Positions 16,399-25,941 of a stretch of DNA of 41,536 bases are shown here, piece after piece. Source of the stretch: a virus. The notes under the pieces are model-generated. The model ran no database searches. It saw only the letters and a list, made by a program, of their open reading frames with translations, and was not told the origin of the DNA. The DNA is taken from IMG/VR virus record IMGVR_UViG_3300045988_040573; one strand, given 5' to 3'. The number at the start of each line of letters is the position of its first letter. Within the stretch, counting starts at the first letter, position 1. The translations under genes were made by a program, and so were the position numbers.

Positions 16399-16943
16399 GT
16401 GGACGTATTTGACCTTTTCGCAAAAATCACGCTGGATTCCAGCGAATACGAGAAAGGCTTGAAAAATGCGAAAAGCAGCGCAAGCGGATTAACAGGACTG
16501 TTCGGAAAGGTTGGTTCAGCCGCTTCAACAGTTGGAAAAGGCATCTTTAACGTTGCTACGAACGTTGCGAAAGTATCCGTTGCCGCTACTACGGCAGGCG
16601 CAACAGCAATTTCGGCGTTGACAGGACTTGCAATTAACAGTTATGCAGATTACGAGCAGCTTGTAGGCGGCGTTGAAACGCTGTATAAAACTAGCGCCGA
16701 TAAAGTTCAGCAGTATGCAGCCGATGCGTACAAAACGGCTGGACTTTCGGCAAACGAGTACATGAACACGGCAACTACATTTGCAGCAGCGCTTGTGTCT
16801 AGTCTGGGGGGCGATACGGAACAGGCGGCAGAGCTTGCCAATACTGCCATTGGTGACATGTCCGACAATGCCAACAAAATGGGAACGGACATGGAGAGCA
16901 TCCAGAATGCTTATAATGGCTTTAGCAAGCAGAATTACACGAT
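16399..16943 (+). CDS. Tape measure protein, exon 1
   Basis: GTG start coupled to the upstream stop. Ends ...IQNAYNGFSKQNYT plus the first two nt (AT) of a Met codon. The unspliced frame stops 7 codons later. Confidence 0.75.
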
Positions 16944-17813
16944 AAATCTAATGTCCGCTGCATAAGTGATTATGCAGTGAGCGTGCGTGAACCTACCACG
17001 GGTGTGCAACTGAAAAGGCGGCAGGAAATGGCTGCATGAGACAGTTGTGCTAACAGGGGAAACCTAAACTGTTTATGGCTTTTACAGCATGGTTATCCTG
17101 TGCCAAACTATGCTATATCAAAGTTACACTTGCAAAGCAGGTGAAATTGCGATATAATACAAAGTATAGAAGGTCAAACGACTATCGGTTCGTCACCGAG
17201 TACAACGCCTATTGGTACGGAGTTGGAAGTGCGCACCAACTTTTTTTGAAAGGATTAAAAGCCGTGGAGATTTGGAAACAGATTCCCGATTTACCGGGAT
17301 ACTCAGTCAGCAATAAGGGCAGAGTTAAGAAAGATAGCACCGGACAAATAATGGTGCTTAGCAAAAATGGTGGATATTGCAGGATTACAATATCTAAGCA
17401 TGTACACCGTCTTGTTGCTGATGCTTTTCTTGAAAAACCAGAGAACAAAGAAAAGTGCTGGGTTGACCACATAGACGGGAATCGCTCAAACAATGACGTT
17501 TCTAATTTAAGATGGGTGACGCCTTCTGAAAACGCACTGTCGTATGGGTATCATTCCAGAATTAAAAATAAGAAACGTCCGGTAAGGGCAACACATCTCG
17601 ACGGCAGGACAATCCTATTTGAATCCAGACAAGCGGCGGCTGAATACTTTCACTGTTCTGACAGTGAAATTAAGTACAACAGTCGATACCGCAAGAGAAA
17701 TAAAAAAGGCTGGATTTTTGAAAAAGTTGAAGATATAGTCTAATCCCTTAAAAGCCATGTGCGGAAACGCGCGTGGCTTTTTATAATACCGGGAAACCGG
17801 GGGTAACAAAATG
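16944..17813 (+). mobile_element. Group-I-like intron (870 nt) with an embedded HNH homing endonuclease gene
   Basis: It interrupts the conserved TMP motif QNYT|MLDNLKLGYGG. The exon base before the 5' splice site is U and the last intron base is G. The segment is AT-rich. GAAA-tetraloop hairpins lie at 17751-17780 and 17789-17800. Confidence 0.65.
17264..17743 (+). CDS. HNH homing endonuclease (NUMOD4-like N-terminus)
   Basis: VEIWKQIPDLPGYSVSNKGRVKK (NUMOD4-like), then VHRLVADAF...VDHIDGNRSNNDVSNLRWVTPSEN (HNH). GTG start after RBS aaagga. Confidence 0.8.
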   Translation: MEIWKQIPDLPGYSVSNKGRVKKDSTGQIMVLSKNGGYCRITISKHVHRLVADAFLEKPENKEKCWVDHIDGNRSNNDVSNLRWVTPSENALSYGYHSRIKNKKRPVRATHLDGRTILFESRQAAAEYFHCSDSEIKYNSRYRKRNKKGWIFEKVEDIV

Positions 17814-19008
17814 GTTAGACAACCTAAAACTCGGCTATGGCGGAACAAAACAGGAAATGCAGCGTCTACTTGATGACGCAAACAAGCTGAACGCCGCGCA
17901 GGGAAACTATACCAATTACACCATTAACAGCTATGCGGACGTTGTAAGCGCGATTCATGATGTTCAAAACGCAATGGGCATTACTGGTACGACCTCTAAA
18001 GAAGCATCCACAACGATTCAAGGAAGTGTGAACGCTACAAAATCCGCATGGTCAAACCTTGTAACTGGAATTGCCGATGATAATGCCAATTTTGAGCAGC
18101 TTATCAGCAACTTTGTGGATAGCGCAACTACAGCGGCAAGTAACATCCTTCCCCGAATAGAAGTCGCCCTGAACGGCGCTGCTAAGCTGATAGAGAGCCT
18201 TGTCCCTCCCATCATGGCAGAGCTGCCGAGCTTGATTGAAACCGTTCTGCCGCAGCTGGCACAGTCTGCCGTGAACATCGTGCAGACGCTTGTTACGGGA
18301 ATCAGCGCAAACGCGGCGCAACTTATTGATTCGGCAATTCAGATTATAACCGTGCTTGGAAACGGCATCTATCAAATGCTGCCAACCGTTGCACAATCTG
18401 CATTGCAAATCGTCTTGACGCTGGTTTCAAAGCTAAATGAGAACTTGCCGCAGATGCTCGACACTGCCGGACAAATGCTGATTGCGTTTGTAGAGGGCGT
18501 TTCGGAACACTTGCCGGACATTATGCTTGCCGCTGCATCTATCGTGGAGACCCTTCTGACCTACTTTATAGAGCATTTGCCGGACATTGTAGAAGGTGCA
18601 ATGCAGATGGGCGACGCGGTCATTGATGGCATTATTGACGGCATTTCGGCAGCTTGGGACAGCCTTGTCAGCTGGTTTAATGGTTTGTGGAACAACCTGT
18701 TCGGAAACCGCTCTGTTAATGTTGATGTCAACAGTAGTGGCACAGATGGCAGTCACGCAGGTGGCCTTGATTATGTACCGTATGACAACTATATTGCCAA
18801 CCTGCATCGCGGCGAGATGGTGCTTACAAGCGCAGAGGCGACGCAATACCGTAAAGGCAACGAAAACGCGGCTGGCGGTATGACGATCAACATCGATATT
18901 AACGGTATTCAGTTTTCCGATGTGAATTCTATGGCACATGCGCTGGCGAATCAGATTTCGTATGAGCTTCAGGCGCAAAGCAACAGAAAGGCGGCTGTAT
19001 ATGCTTAA
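17814..19008 (+). CDS. Tape measure protein, exon 2
   Basis: The first G completes the ATG codon. It then reads LDNLKLGYGGTKQEMQRLLDDANKL and long alpha-helical repeats. Exon 1 plus exon 2 is 1740 nt, giving 579 aa. Confidence 0.75.
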
Positions 19009-19714
19009 TGGATTTTGGTTGGACGGCATTTGTAGCCTTGATGTTGGGATTCGGTTGCAAAGTGGAATTACTTTCGGCCAACCGACACCCAGGGTTACAT
19101 CCACGACCATTTCTGGCCGCAGTGGCAATTTGACTGAATGGGATGGAAGCTATGGTAATGTTAGTGCAACTGCGAAATGCTTTGCGCTGACGGACACTGA
19201 TGTAAGCGACACTTTACCAACGATTTCAGCGTTTTTGCGTGGAACTACTTTAGGCTATCGCAGGCTTGAAACAGAGGAAGAGCCAAATGTGTACAGAATG
19301 GCGCGGGTTGTTAATTTCCCGGAAACTGATATCCGGGCAAACCACCTTGCGCCATTTACCATTTCGTTGGATTGCAAACCACAGAAATACTTAAAAGACG
19401 GCGAAAATGCTGTTGAAGTCAAAAGCGGTGATTCTCTGTACAATCCAACTGTATTCCCTTCCCTTCCGCTTATCGCACTAACCGTTACTGGCGATGCCAA
19501 ATTACAAGTTGGGGGCACACAAATAAGTGTTACAGGTTACACCGGGCCGATGTATCTAGACTGCGAAATGATGGACGCTTATAAAGAAGCGATAAACTTA
19601 AATAAATATGTAACTGCGCCTGAATTTCCCACTCTGGGGGCAGGAGCTACACAAATTAGTTGGAGCGGCGGCATTAGCAAGTGCGAAATCACACCTAGAT
19701 GGTGGACGTTGTAG
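19001..19714 (+). CDS. Distal tail protein (Dit)
   Basis: ATG 19001 overlaps the TMP stop. MLNGFWLDG...ISGRSG matches the N-terminus of siphovirus Dit/tail-family proteins, and the position is right. Confidence 0.7.
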   Translation: MLNGFWLDGICSLDVGIRLQSGITFGQPTPRVTSTTISGRSGNLTEWDGSYGNVSATAKCFALTDTDVSDTLPTISAFLRGTTLGYRRLETEEEPNVYRMARVVNFPETDIRANHLAPFTISLDCKPQKYLKDGENAVEVKSGDSLYNPTVFPSLPLIALTVTGDAKLQVGGTQISVTGYTGPMYLDCEMMDAYKEAINLNKYVTAPEFPTLGAGATQISWSGGISKCEITPRWWTL

Positions 19715-19726
19715 GAGGTGTAAATC

Positions 19727-21559
19727 ATTAGCTATCCGAGATATTATGACGGCACGACGGGGCTTAAGGGCAACGGCGTGGGGGTGCTGCGGGATGCTGT
19801 GCGCTGCACCGTGACCGAGGAGCGCAACGGCGCGTTTGAATTGGAAATGGTCTATCCCATCACCGGGCAGCATTACAGCAGCCTGGCGCTGCGCGGGCTG
19901 ATTCTGGCAAAGCCGAACCCCTACGGCGAGGCGCAGTATTTCAGAATTTATAAAATCAGCCGCCCCATCAATGGACAAGTGACGGTCAACGCGCAGCACA
20001 TCAGCTACGATTTGAGCGGCATCCCGGTGGGACCGTGCAAGGCGTTGAACGCAGTCGACGCCTTGCAGCAGCTCAAAAGCCATGCGGCGGTGAGCTGTGA
20101 TTACACATTCTGGACAGACATCCAGACCGTGGCAGACTTTGCCGTGGCCGTGCCCGGCAGTCTGCGCAGTCTGCTGGGCGGCGTGGAGGGCAGCGTGCTG
20201 GATGTGTACGGCGGCGAATACGAGTGGGATAATACCACCGTCAAGCTGCACAGCCAGCGCGGCACAGACCGCGGCGTGACGATCCGCTACGGAAAGAACC
20301 TGACCGATCTGACCCAGGAAGAAAGCTGCGCCGAGGTCTACACCGGCGTCTATCCCTACTGGGTTGACAACGACGGAAACGTGACCCAGATCACCGGCAA
20401 CCCGGTGGTCAACGTGCCGGACGGCCAGTATGACTTTGTACGTGTGCTCACGCTTGACGTAAGCCAGGATATAAAAGAGCAGCCCACCGCCGCCCAGCTG
20501 CGGCAGGCCGCGTTGGATTATATCGCCGCCAACAAGGTGGGCGTGCCGAAGGTGAGCCTGACATTGAGTTTTGCCCAGCTGGAACAGACCGCCGAATATG
20601 CCGACATGGCCCTGCTGGAGCGGGTGTGCCTGTGCGATACCGTTCATGTGCAGTTTGCGAAGCTGGGCGTGAGCGCGGACGCTCGGTGCATTAAAACGGT
20701 TTATGACGTGCTCCTGGAGCGTTACGACAGCGTGGAGCTGGGGGACGCCCGCAGCAGCTTGGCCAACACTGTGGCCGACATGGGCAAGACCGTACAGAGC
20801 ACCGTGAACAAGACGCGCAGTGACCTGGAACGGGCTATTGACCGCGCCACACAGCTTATCACCGGCAATCTGGGCGGCTATGTGGTGTTGCACAGCTCCA
20901 CCGGCGCGGACGAGCCGGACGAAATCCTTGTAATGGACAAGCCGGAAATTGAAAAGGCTACCAAGGTCTGGCGGTGGAATCTGGCCGGTTGGGGTTACAG
21001 CAGCAGCGGCTACGGCGGGCCGTACCGCCTGGCCGCCACGATGGACGGTGCAATCAACGCCGATTTCATCACAACCGGGACTATGAGTGCGAATCTTATC
21101 CGGGGCGGCGTGCTGCAGTCCACTAACGGAAAGTTTGTGTCCAACCTGGACACGGGAGTCACGACTTTTAACGGCGGACTTGTTGTGAATAGTGACAACT
21201 TTAAGATCGGCTCGGACGGGTCTGTGGACATCACCGGCAAATTCACTTCGACGGTGTCGGAGAGCAAGTGCGTCATCGACGACGCCAAAATTGAAATGTA
21301 CCGCAAGACTAACGACGGAAACTGGCACATGGGCGCGTTCATGTCTACGTGGGGCAGCAACAACGCCGTGGGCCGACTTGTGCTGTACGGCCCGGCGGCC
21401 GGCAACCCCAACAATATGATCGCTAACGTCACAATGGCGGGCCAGTATGAGGGCGGCGCTATCGCGATAAGCGACGCAGGCGGCAACGTGAAGGTGCAGC
21501 TGGGCGTGGACGGCGCGAGCAACGGCTATGTGCTTGTCAACGGCAGAATGATACAGTGA
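19727..21559 (+). CDS. Tail-associated protein (Tal) / prophage tail endopeptidase-like
   Basis: LRDAVRCTVTEERNGAFELEMVYPITG is the conserved Tal N-terminus. The ORF opens at 19724, right after RBS AGGAGG (19713-19718). The probable start is non-canonical (ATT 19727 or ATC 19724). The first canonical start, GTG 19778, has no RBS. Confidence 0.7.
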   Translation: MSYPRYYDGTTGLKGNGVGVLRDAVRCTVTEERNGAFELEMVYPITGQHYSSLALRGLILAKPNPYGEAQYFRIYKISRPINGQVTVNAQHISYDLSGIPVGPCKALNAVDALQQLKSHAAVSCDYTFWTDIQTVADFAVAVPGSLRSLLGGVEGSVLDVYGGEYEWDNTTVKLHSQRGTDRGVTIRYGKNLTDLTQEESCAEVYTGVYPYWVDNDGNVTQITGNPVVNVPDGQYDFVRVLTLDVSQDIKEQPTAAQLRQAALDYIAANKVGVPKVSLTLSFAQLEQTAEYADMALLERVCLCDTVHVQFAKLGVSADARCIKTVYDVLLERYDSVELGDARSSLANTVADMGKTVQSTVNKTRSDLERAIDRATQLITGNLGGYVVLHSSTGADEPDEILVMDKPEIEKATKVWRWNLAGWGYSSSGYGGPYRLAATMDGAINADFITTGTMSANLIRGGVLQSTNGKFVSNLDTGVTTFNGGLVVNSDNFKIGSDGSVDITGKFTSTVSESKCVIDDAKIEMYRKTNDGNWHMGAFMSTWGSNNAVGRLVLYGPAAGNPNNMIANVTMAGQYEGGAIAISDAGGNVKVQLGVDGASNGYVLVNGRMIQ

Positions 21560-21570
21560 GGTGTTTTTAA

Positions 21571-22710
21571 ATGGCGGCAGCCAATTACAGCCCACCCGCA
21601 GAAGCACTTATCAAGGCGACGCGGGCGGATTTTGACCGGCGGGACGTTGTGCAGCCGGTGCATCTGGTACAGTACGACGATACGCTCCCGGTGCTGGCCG
21701 TGGCCCTGTACAAGGGCGGGCAGCCCTGGACACTGCCCACCGGCGCGGATGTCAACCTGAGGATGGATAAAAAAGACGGGCACTATGTCTACAACCCAGC
21801 GCTGGGCGTGAGCAGTGACCGCAGCACAGTTTATATGGCCGTGACGGCCCAGATGACGACCAGCTACGGCACATTCGCCCCAGTGGTAGAGGTGCTGGCA
21901 GGCGGTGGTGTGGCCGGTATGGCTGCTCTGCGGCTGGACATCGACAGGAACCCGGTGCAGGATGGGATGCTTGAAAGCTTGGATGAATACAAGACCGTGC
22001 AGGTGCTGGCCGCTGAGGTGGCCGCCAACGCAAAAATCGTGCGGGATAACGAGGCGGGCATCCAGGATGTGCACGATAACATCGAGGCCATCAAGGCGGC
22101 CCCTGCCAACGCCAAGGCCGCTGCGGCCAGTGCAAAAGAGGCCCGCAGCTGGGCCGTGGGCGATACGGCATCCCGACCCGGCGAGGGAATGAACAACGCC
22201 AAATACTACGCCGCGCTGGCCCAGCAGGTCAGCCAGGGCGCGGTTGGGTGGTACCCAAATTACGAGGCGCTGTACGCGGCCCACAATACCGGCTATGACG
22301 GAAACTGGGCCATTGTGGGCGAAACTGATACAATCTGGGTGTGGGACAGCGATACCGGGGTTTGGAAGGACACTGGCCAAAGCAGTAAGTTTGCGAATTA
22401 CTACGACAAGACCCAAATTGACGCAAAACTGCCCAAGCCGGTGACGGTTACGGTGACAGCCAGCGCCTGGACTTCCGGCGATTACACAGTGCCCTGGGAC
22501 GACGGCGGCACGAGCAGCTACACCACCTGCGCCACTGTCACGGTGGCCGGGGTGACGGCAGACAGCCGGGTTATCGTATCCGACCTCACGAGGGTGACGG
22601 ATGCGGTGCGGATGGTAGCCGCGCTGGAACCCGGAGCCGGGGTGGTTAAGTTTTATGCGAACAGCGCGCCGACGAGTGCGGCAGTGTTTGTTTTGGAGGT
22701 GAGCCAATGA
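21571..22710 (+). CDS. Baseplate/fibre protein with a BppU-like N-terminal domain
   Basis: The N-terminal pattern (VHLVQYDDTLPVLAVALYKGGQPWTLPTGADVNLRM) resembles BppU_N. It is followed by a coiled-coil (AAEVAANAKIVRDNEAGIQDVHDNIEAIKAA). Confidence 0.5.
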   Translation: MAAANYSPPAEALIKATRADFDRRDVVQPVHLVQYDDTLPVLAVALYKGGQPWTLPTGADVNLRMDKKDGHYVYNPALGVSSDRSTVYMAVTAQMTTSYGTFAPVVEVLAGGGVAGMAALRLDIDRNPVQDGMLESLDEYKTVQVLAAEVAANAKIVRDNEAGIQDVHDNIEAIKAAPANAKAAAASAKEARSWAVGDTASRPGEGMNNAKYYAALAQQVSQGAVGWYPNYEALYAAHNTGYDGNWAIVGETDTIWVWDSDTGVWKDTGQSSKFANYYDKTQIDAKLPKPVTVTVTASAWTSGDYTVPWDDGGTSSYTTCATVTVAGVTADSRVIVSDLTRVTDAVRMVAALEPGAGVVKFYANSAPTSAAVFVLEVSQ

Positions 22711-23120
22711 GTGGAGCACAGAACCCCTTGAACGTCTGCCCGTACTGGGTGGGCGACATACTCACAACGATGAGCGAAATACAACCGGCACAGCGCTGGC
22801 CTGGGACAAGCTGGGAACGGATCACGGACTGCTTTTTGCGGGCGGCAGACAGCACGCACCCGGCGGGCAGTACTGGCGGTGCGTGGGAAGTGACGCAAAC
22901 GGTGGAACAGTTGCCAAGTCACACTCACGCATATGCCTCATACCAAAAGGGATACCCGTCAAGTTACAGTGAAGAGAATTTATATATAACCCCGATTGGA
23001 CGAGTACCATACAGCCCAATAACACAGGAGGGGACAGAAAGTTCACATACTGGCGGCAACAAGCCTATGCCCATCGTGAACAAGTACACGGCCTGTTATA
23101 TGTGGAAACGCACCGGCTGA
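22707..23120 (+). CDS. Tail-collar domain protein (MdpB-like)
   Basis: WPGTSWERI, LPSHTHAY, GGNKPMPIV and YMWKRT blocks are typical of phage tail collar/MdpB proteins. Confidence 0.6.
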   Translation: MSGAQNPLNVCPYWVGDILTTMSEIQPAQRWPGTSWERITDCFLRAADSTHPAGSTGGAWEVTQTVEQLPSHTHAYASYQKGYPSSYSEENLYITPIGRVPYSPITQEGTESSHTGGNKPMPIVNKYTACYMWKRTG

Positions 23121-23157
23121 CCCCGAAGGGGGAGGCGGTAGCGGGAGGTGTTACCTG

Positions 23158-23247
23158 ATGGTGCAATTTTATGTGTGCCGCATGACACTTGAAGATGTGC
23201 CGGAAAAGTGGATGGATGCGGTGAAAGCCAGATTGGAGGGCGTGTAA
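23158..23247 (+). CDS. XkdX-like small tail-module protein (29 aa)
   Basis: RBS gggaggtg. MVQFYVCRMTLEDVPEKWMDAVKARLEGV. The TAATG stop/start overlaps the fibre gene. Not in the supplied ORF track because it is under 60 aa. Confidence 0.5.
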   Translation: MVQFYVCRMTLEDVPEKWMDAVKARLEGV

Positions 23248-25661
23248 TGGCATTGCATGAAGTACAGTTGAAAGGATACAGTGTTAGACCCTGCAACTTA
23301 TCGCTTGGCACTTTTGGCAGTTACGGTATCGAGCAGCTGCATGTGACCCTTGACGATACGTGGAGCGGGCTTGCTGTAACGGCAACGTTTAACCCGCCGA
23401 AGGGCGAACCCCGTGAAATCCGTTTGCCGGAAAACGGACTGATTGATGTGCCTGCCGAAGCAACCGCCAATGAGGGTACGGGCACTATCGTGTATTGCGG
23501 CGTTGCCAATGGTGTGCAGCGCATCACAAAAACGCAGGGATACAACGTGATTACACGCGGCCCCGTTGGTGGAACTGAGCCGTTTAAACCCAGTGAATCA
23601 CTTGCCACGCAGGTTTTGCAGGCTGCGCTTAACGCAGAAAAGAACAGCGCGGAAGCAAAGAGCGTGGCCGATAACTTGCGAAATGATGCGGCTAACGGCA
23701 AATTTAACGGCAAGGATGGAGCCAAAGGCGACAAGGGCGACAAGGGTGATACTGGCCCGCGAGGCCCCGTAGGCCCGCAGGGGCCGCAGGGAGAAAAGGG
23801 AGTTCAAGGCCCTACCGGGGCAACGGGTGCAACTGGCCCGCGAGGCCCACAGGGCGAGAAGGGCGACACCGGAGAGCGCGGCCCCCAAGGTGAGCAGGGC
23901 GTTCAGGGTGTACAAGGCGAGAAGGGCGATACCGGCGCGCAGGGGCCTGTTGGCGAAACTGGCCCGGTTGGCCCCAAGGGTGATACTGGCCCGCAGGGTG
24001 AGCGCGGTGAGCAGGGGCCGCAGGGAGAGGTTGGCCCGGAGGGGCCTGCCGGAAAGGACGGCGTACAGATTGATGATGCGGCGGTGAGCGAGGACGCGCC
24101 ATGGAGCAGCAAGCACATCATTGACATGCTCTGCCCACCGCTGGAAGAAAGCGGCAACCCTGTTGTGTGCTACCCTGTGGCGGGTTATCCGCTTGGCGTG
24201 AAAGCGAAGTGGGAGCCGGTGCAGGAGGGCAGCGGAACGCCGTATCCGGCAGGTGGCGGGAAGAACCTGTTTAATCCTGCATGGATGTCAGAAAAAGAAG
24301 TGAGCTATGGAGTGACGTGGACAATAACCCCAGATGGCACTGTGACAGCAAACGGAACGACGGATAGTACTGCATACTACAACTCTGATTATTTTTCGCT
24401 TCCAGCAGGTACATACACGATTAGCGCAATGCCGCATTTCCGTATGACAATTCGCAATGCTGATGCAGGCGGTGCTATAATTGCCGCACAACAAACTGGA
24501 CGTCCACTTACATTTACAGTAGAGAATGACGTACAAAAAGCTTCCTTGTTTTTCTCCGCCTCTGGCACACTGGATAATGTTTCGGCAAAACCGCAGATAG
24601 AGAAAGGCTCCACTGCAACAGCCTATGCACCTTACGAAAACATCCGTCCTATTAAGGGCAGGGACAGCGTGACGGTCGAACGGTGTGGGGAGAATCTACT
24701 GCCATTCGGAGAACGCATAGAAGACATTTATTCACAGCAGATTATGGCATCCGATGCTTTGCTGACCCTATCAAAGGCTTGCGTTGGACAGGACGTAACA
24801 CTGACTTTTTCCGTAGAAACGCAAAATATTGTTTTTAATGATGTTGTTGAAGACGAATGGCGAAAAAGGATAGGCTTTGAATGCCACGGAATACTTGCTG
24901 ACGGCACAGAAACATACACGTTGCAGTGCTGGCTTGATAATAGAGACGATGAGCTGACGAAGAATGGAAAAAAGACAAAAACGGTTACAGTAACCATGCC
25001 AAAGCTAGCAAGCGGGAATATTACATTTTATGCGCAAAACATCAAATCTGGCAGCTTTGTGGCATACGACTTTGGAATCTATGCTGGCACCACCGCCCCC
25101 ACCACCTACACACCATACACGGGCCAGACCAACACCCTGACCCTGCCTGAAACCGTATATGGCGGTGAGGTGGACGCGGTGAGCGGTGAAGGAATAAAAA
25201 ATTGGGAAAGAGTTGTGTTCGACGGGACGGAAAACTGGAAGTCAAGACCGGCAAAATACACATCGTACAGTCTAGCTTTGCCAAGGCGTGCTCAAACAGG
25301 ACTTTGTACACACTTCAAAAAGATACTATACGATGCTATTCGACCAGATACTGGGACTGGTGAGACTGGCTGCTATCTTGAATTTTCCGCATCCGCGATA
25401 TTCAACGTTCCGTTTAAAAATGTGGATGACTGGAAAAATTACCTTGCCGCCCAGTACGCCGCAGGAACACCTGTGTGTATTGTTTTTCAATATGCAAACG
25501 AGGTAAACGAACCATTCACCGCGACAGGCGCACAGCCCATCCCCGCGCTTGCAGGAGCGAACACCGTGCTGACCGATGCCGACAGCGCGACTGTGACGGG
25601 ACGCGCAGACCCCATTAAGCGCATTACCGATTTGGAAGATGCGGTGGCATCGCAAACCTGA
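23247..25661 (+). CDS. Tail fibre with a collagen-like triple-helix region
   Basis: About 39 uninterrupted G-X-Y triplets followed by a large beta-rich C-terminal domain. ATG 23247 is preferred over 23208 because of the TAATG coupling. Confidence 0.8.
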   Translation: MALHEVQLKGYSVRPCNLSLGTFGSYGIEQLHVTLDDTWSGLAVTATFNPPKGEPREIRLPENGLIDVPAEATANEGTGTIVYCGVANGVQRITKTQGYNVITRGPVGGTEPFKPSESLATQVLQAALNAEKNSAEAKSVADNLRNDAANGKFNGKDGAKGDKGDKGDTGPRGPVGPQGPQGEKGVQGPTGATGATGPRGPQGEKGDTGERGPQGEQGVQGVQGEKGDTGAQGPVGETGPVGPKGDTGPQGERGEQGPQGEVGPEGPAGKDGVQIDDAAVSEDAPWSSKHIIDMLCPPLEESGNPVVCYPVAGYPLGVKAKWEPVQEGSGTPYPAGGGKNLFNPAWMSEKEVSYGVTWTITPDGTVTANGTTDSTAYYNSDYFSLPAGTYTISAMPHFRMTIRNADAGGAIIAAQQTGRPLTFTVENDVQKASLFFSASGTLDNVSAKPQIEKGSTATAYAPYENIRPIKGRDSVTVERCGENLLPFGERIEDIYSQQIMASDALLTLSKACVGQDVTLTFSVETQNIVFNDVVEDEWRKRIGFECHGILADGTETYTLQCWLDNRDDELTKNGKKTKTVTVTMPKLASGNITFYAQNIKSGSFVAYDFGIYAGTTAPTTYTPYTGQTNTLTLPETVYGGEVDAVSGEGIKNWERVVFDGTENWKSRPAKYTSYSLALPRRAQTGLCTHFKKILYDAIRPDTGTGETGCYLEFSASAIFNVPFKNVDDWKNYLAAQYAAGTPVCIVFQYANEVNEPFTATGAQPIPALAGANTVLTDADSATVTGRADPIKRITDLEDAVASQT
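23709..24062 (+). repeat. Collagen-like G-X-Y coding repeat
   Basis: [31 protein letters not shown]...[10 protein letters not shown], 354 nt with a 9-nt periodicity. Confidence 0.9.
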
Positions 25662-25674
25662 AAGGAGTAATAAA

Positions 25675-25941
25675 ATGGCTATCAAGAGTAAAGCACGGCA
25701 CGATTTAACATTGCGCAGCATCAAGCGGGAAATTGCAGCAGGACGCGATGTTGCGTTTTGGCTTGATAAGGCGTACACGCACCTTGACAATGGGCTGCTG
25801 ACCGAAGATGACATTGCCGAGGTGGAGACGCTTGCGCAGGCGTATTATGATGCGGTGGATGCGAGAGAGAGCGCAGACAAGGTTACGGAGACGCCGGATG
25901 TGCCGGAGGTTGACGGCGCTGAAAATACCACCGACGAATGA
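25675..25941 (+). CDS. Hypothetical acidic protein (tail fibre-associated)
   Basis: RBS aaaggag 8 nt upstream of ATG 25675, between the fibre and lysin genes. Confidence 0.5.
   Translation: MAIKSKARHDLTLRSIKREIAAGRDVAFWLDKAYTHLDNGLLTEDDIAEVETLAQAYYDAVDARESADKVTETPDVPEVDGAENTTDE

Noticed and set aside
17075-17263. The long 5' extension of the HNH endonuclease ORF (start at 17075).
   Set aside because: The NUMOD4-type N-terminus (EIWKQIPDLPGYSVSNKG) begins at GTG 17264 after an AAAGGA RBS. The upstream part lies in the presumed structured 5' region of the intron and has no recognisable domain.
19598-21607. A 669-aa ORF on the minus strand, and similar long antisense ORFs at 21526..22719, 7249..8439, 12122..13075, 12948..13820, 28084..28935, 38660..39697 (all minus strand) and 32408..33457 (plus strand).
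   Set aside because: Each lies antisense to a gene with clear motifs (Tal, BppU-like, TerL, scaffold, capsid, RecT, integrase). They are Arg/Ala/Gly/His/Val-rich, as expected from GC-rich antisense frames, and have no RBS or coupling to neighbours.
23709-24062. A diversity-generating retroelement target, or a hypervariable region in the fibre gene.
   Set aside because: There is no reverse transcriptase and no template-repeat copy anywhere in the genome. The repetitive DNA is fully explained by collagen-like G-X-Y coding.
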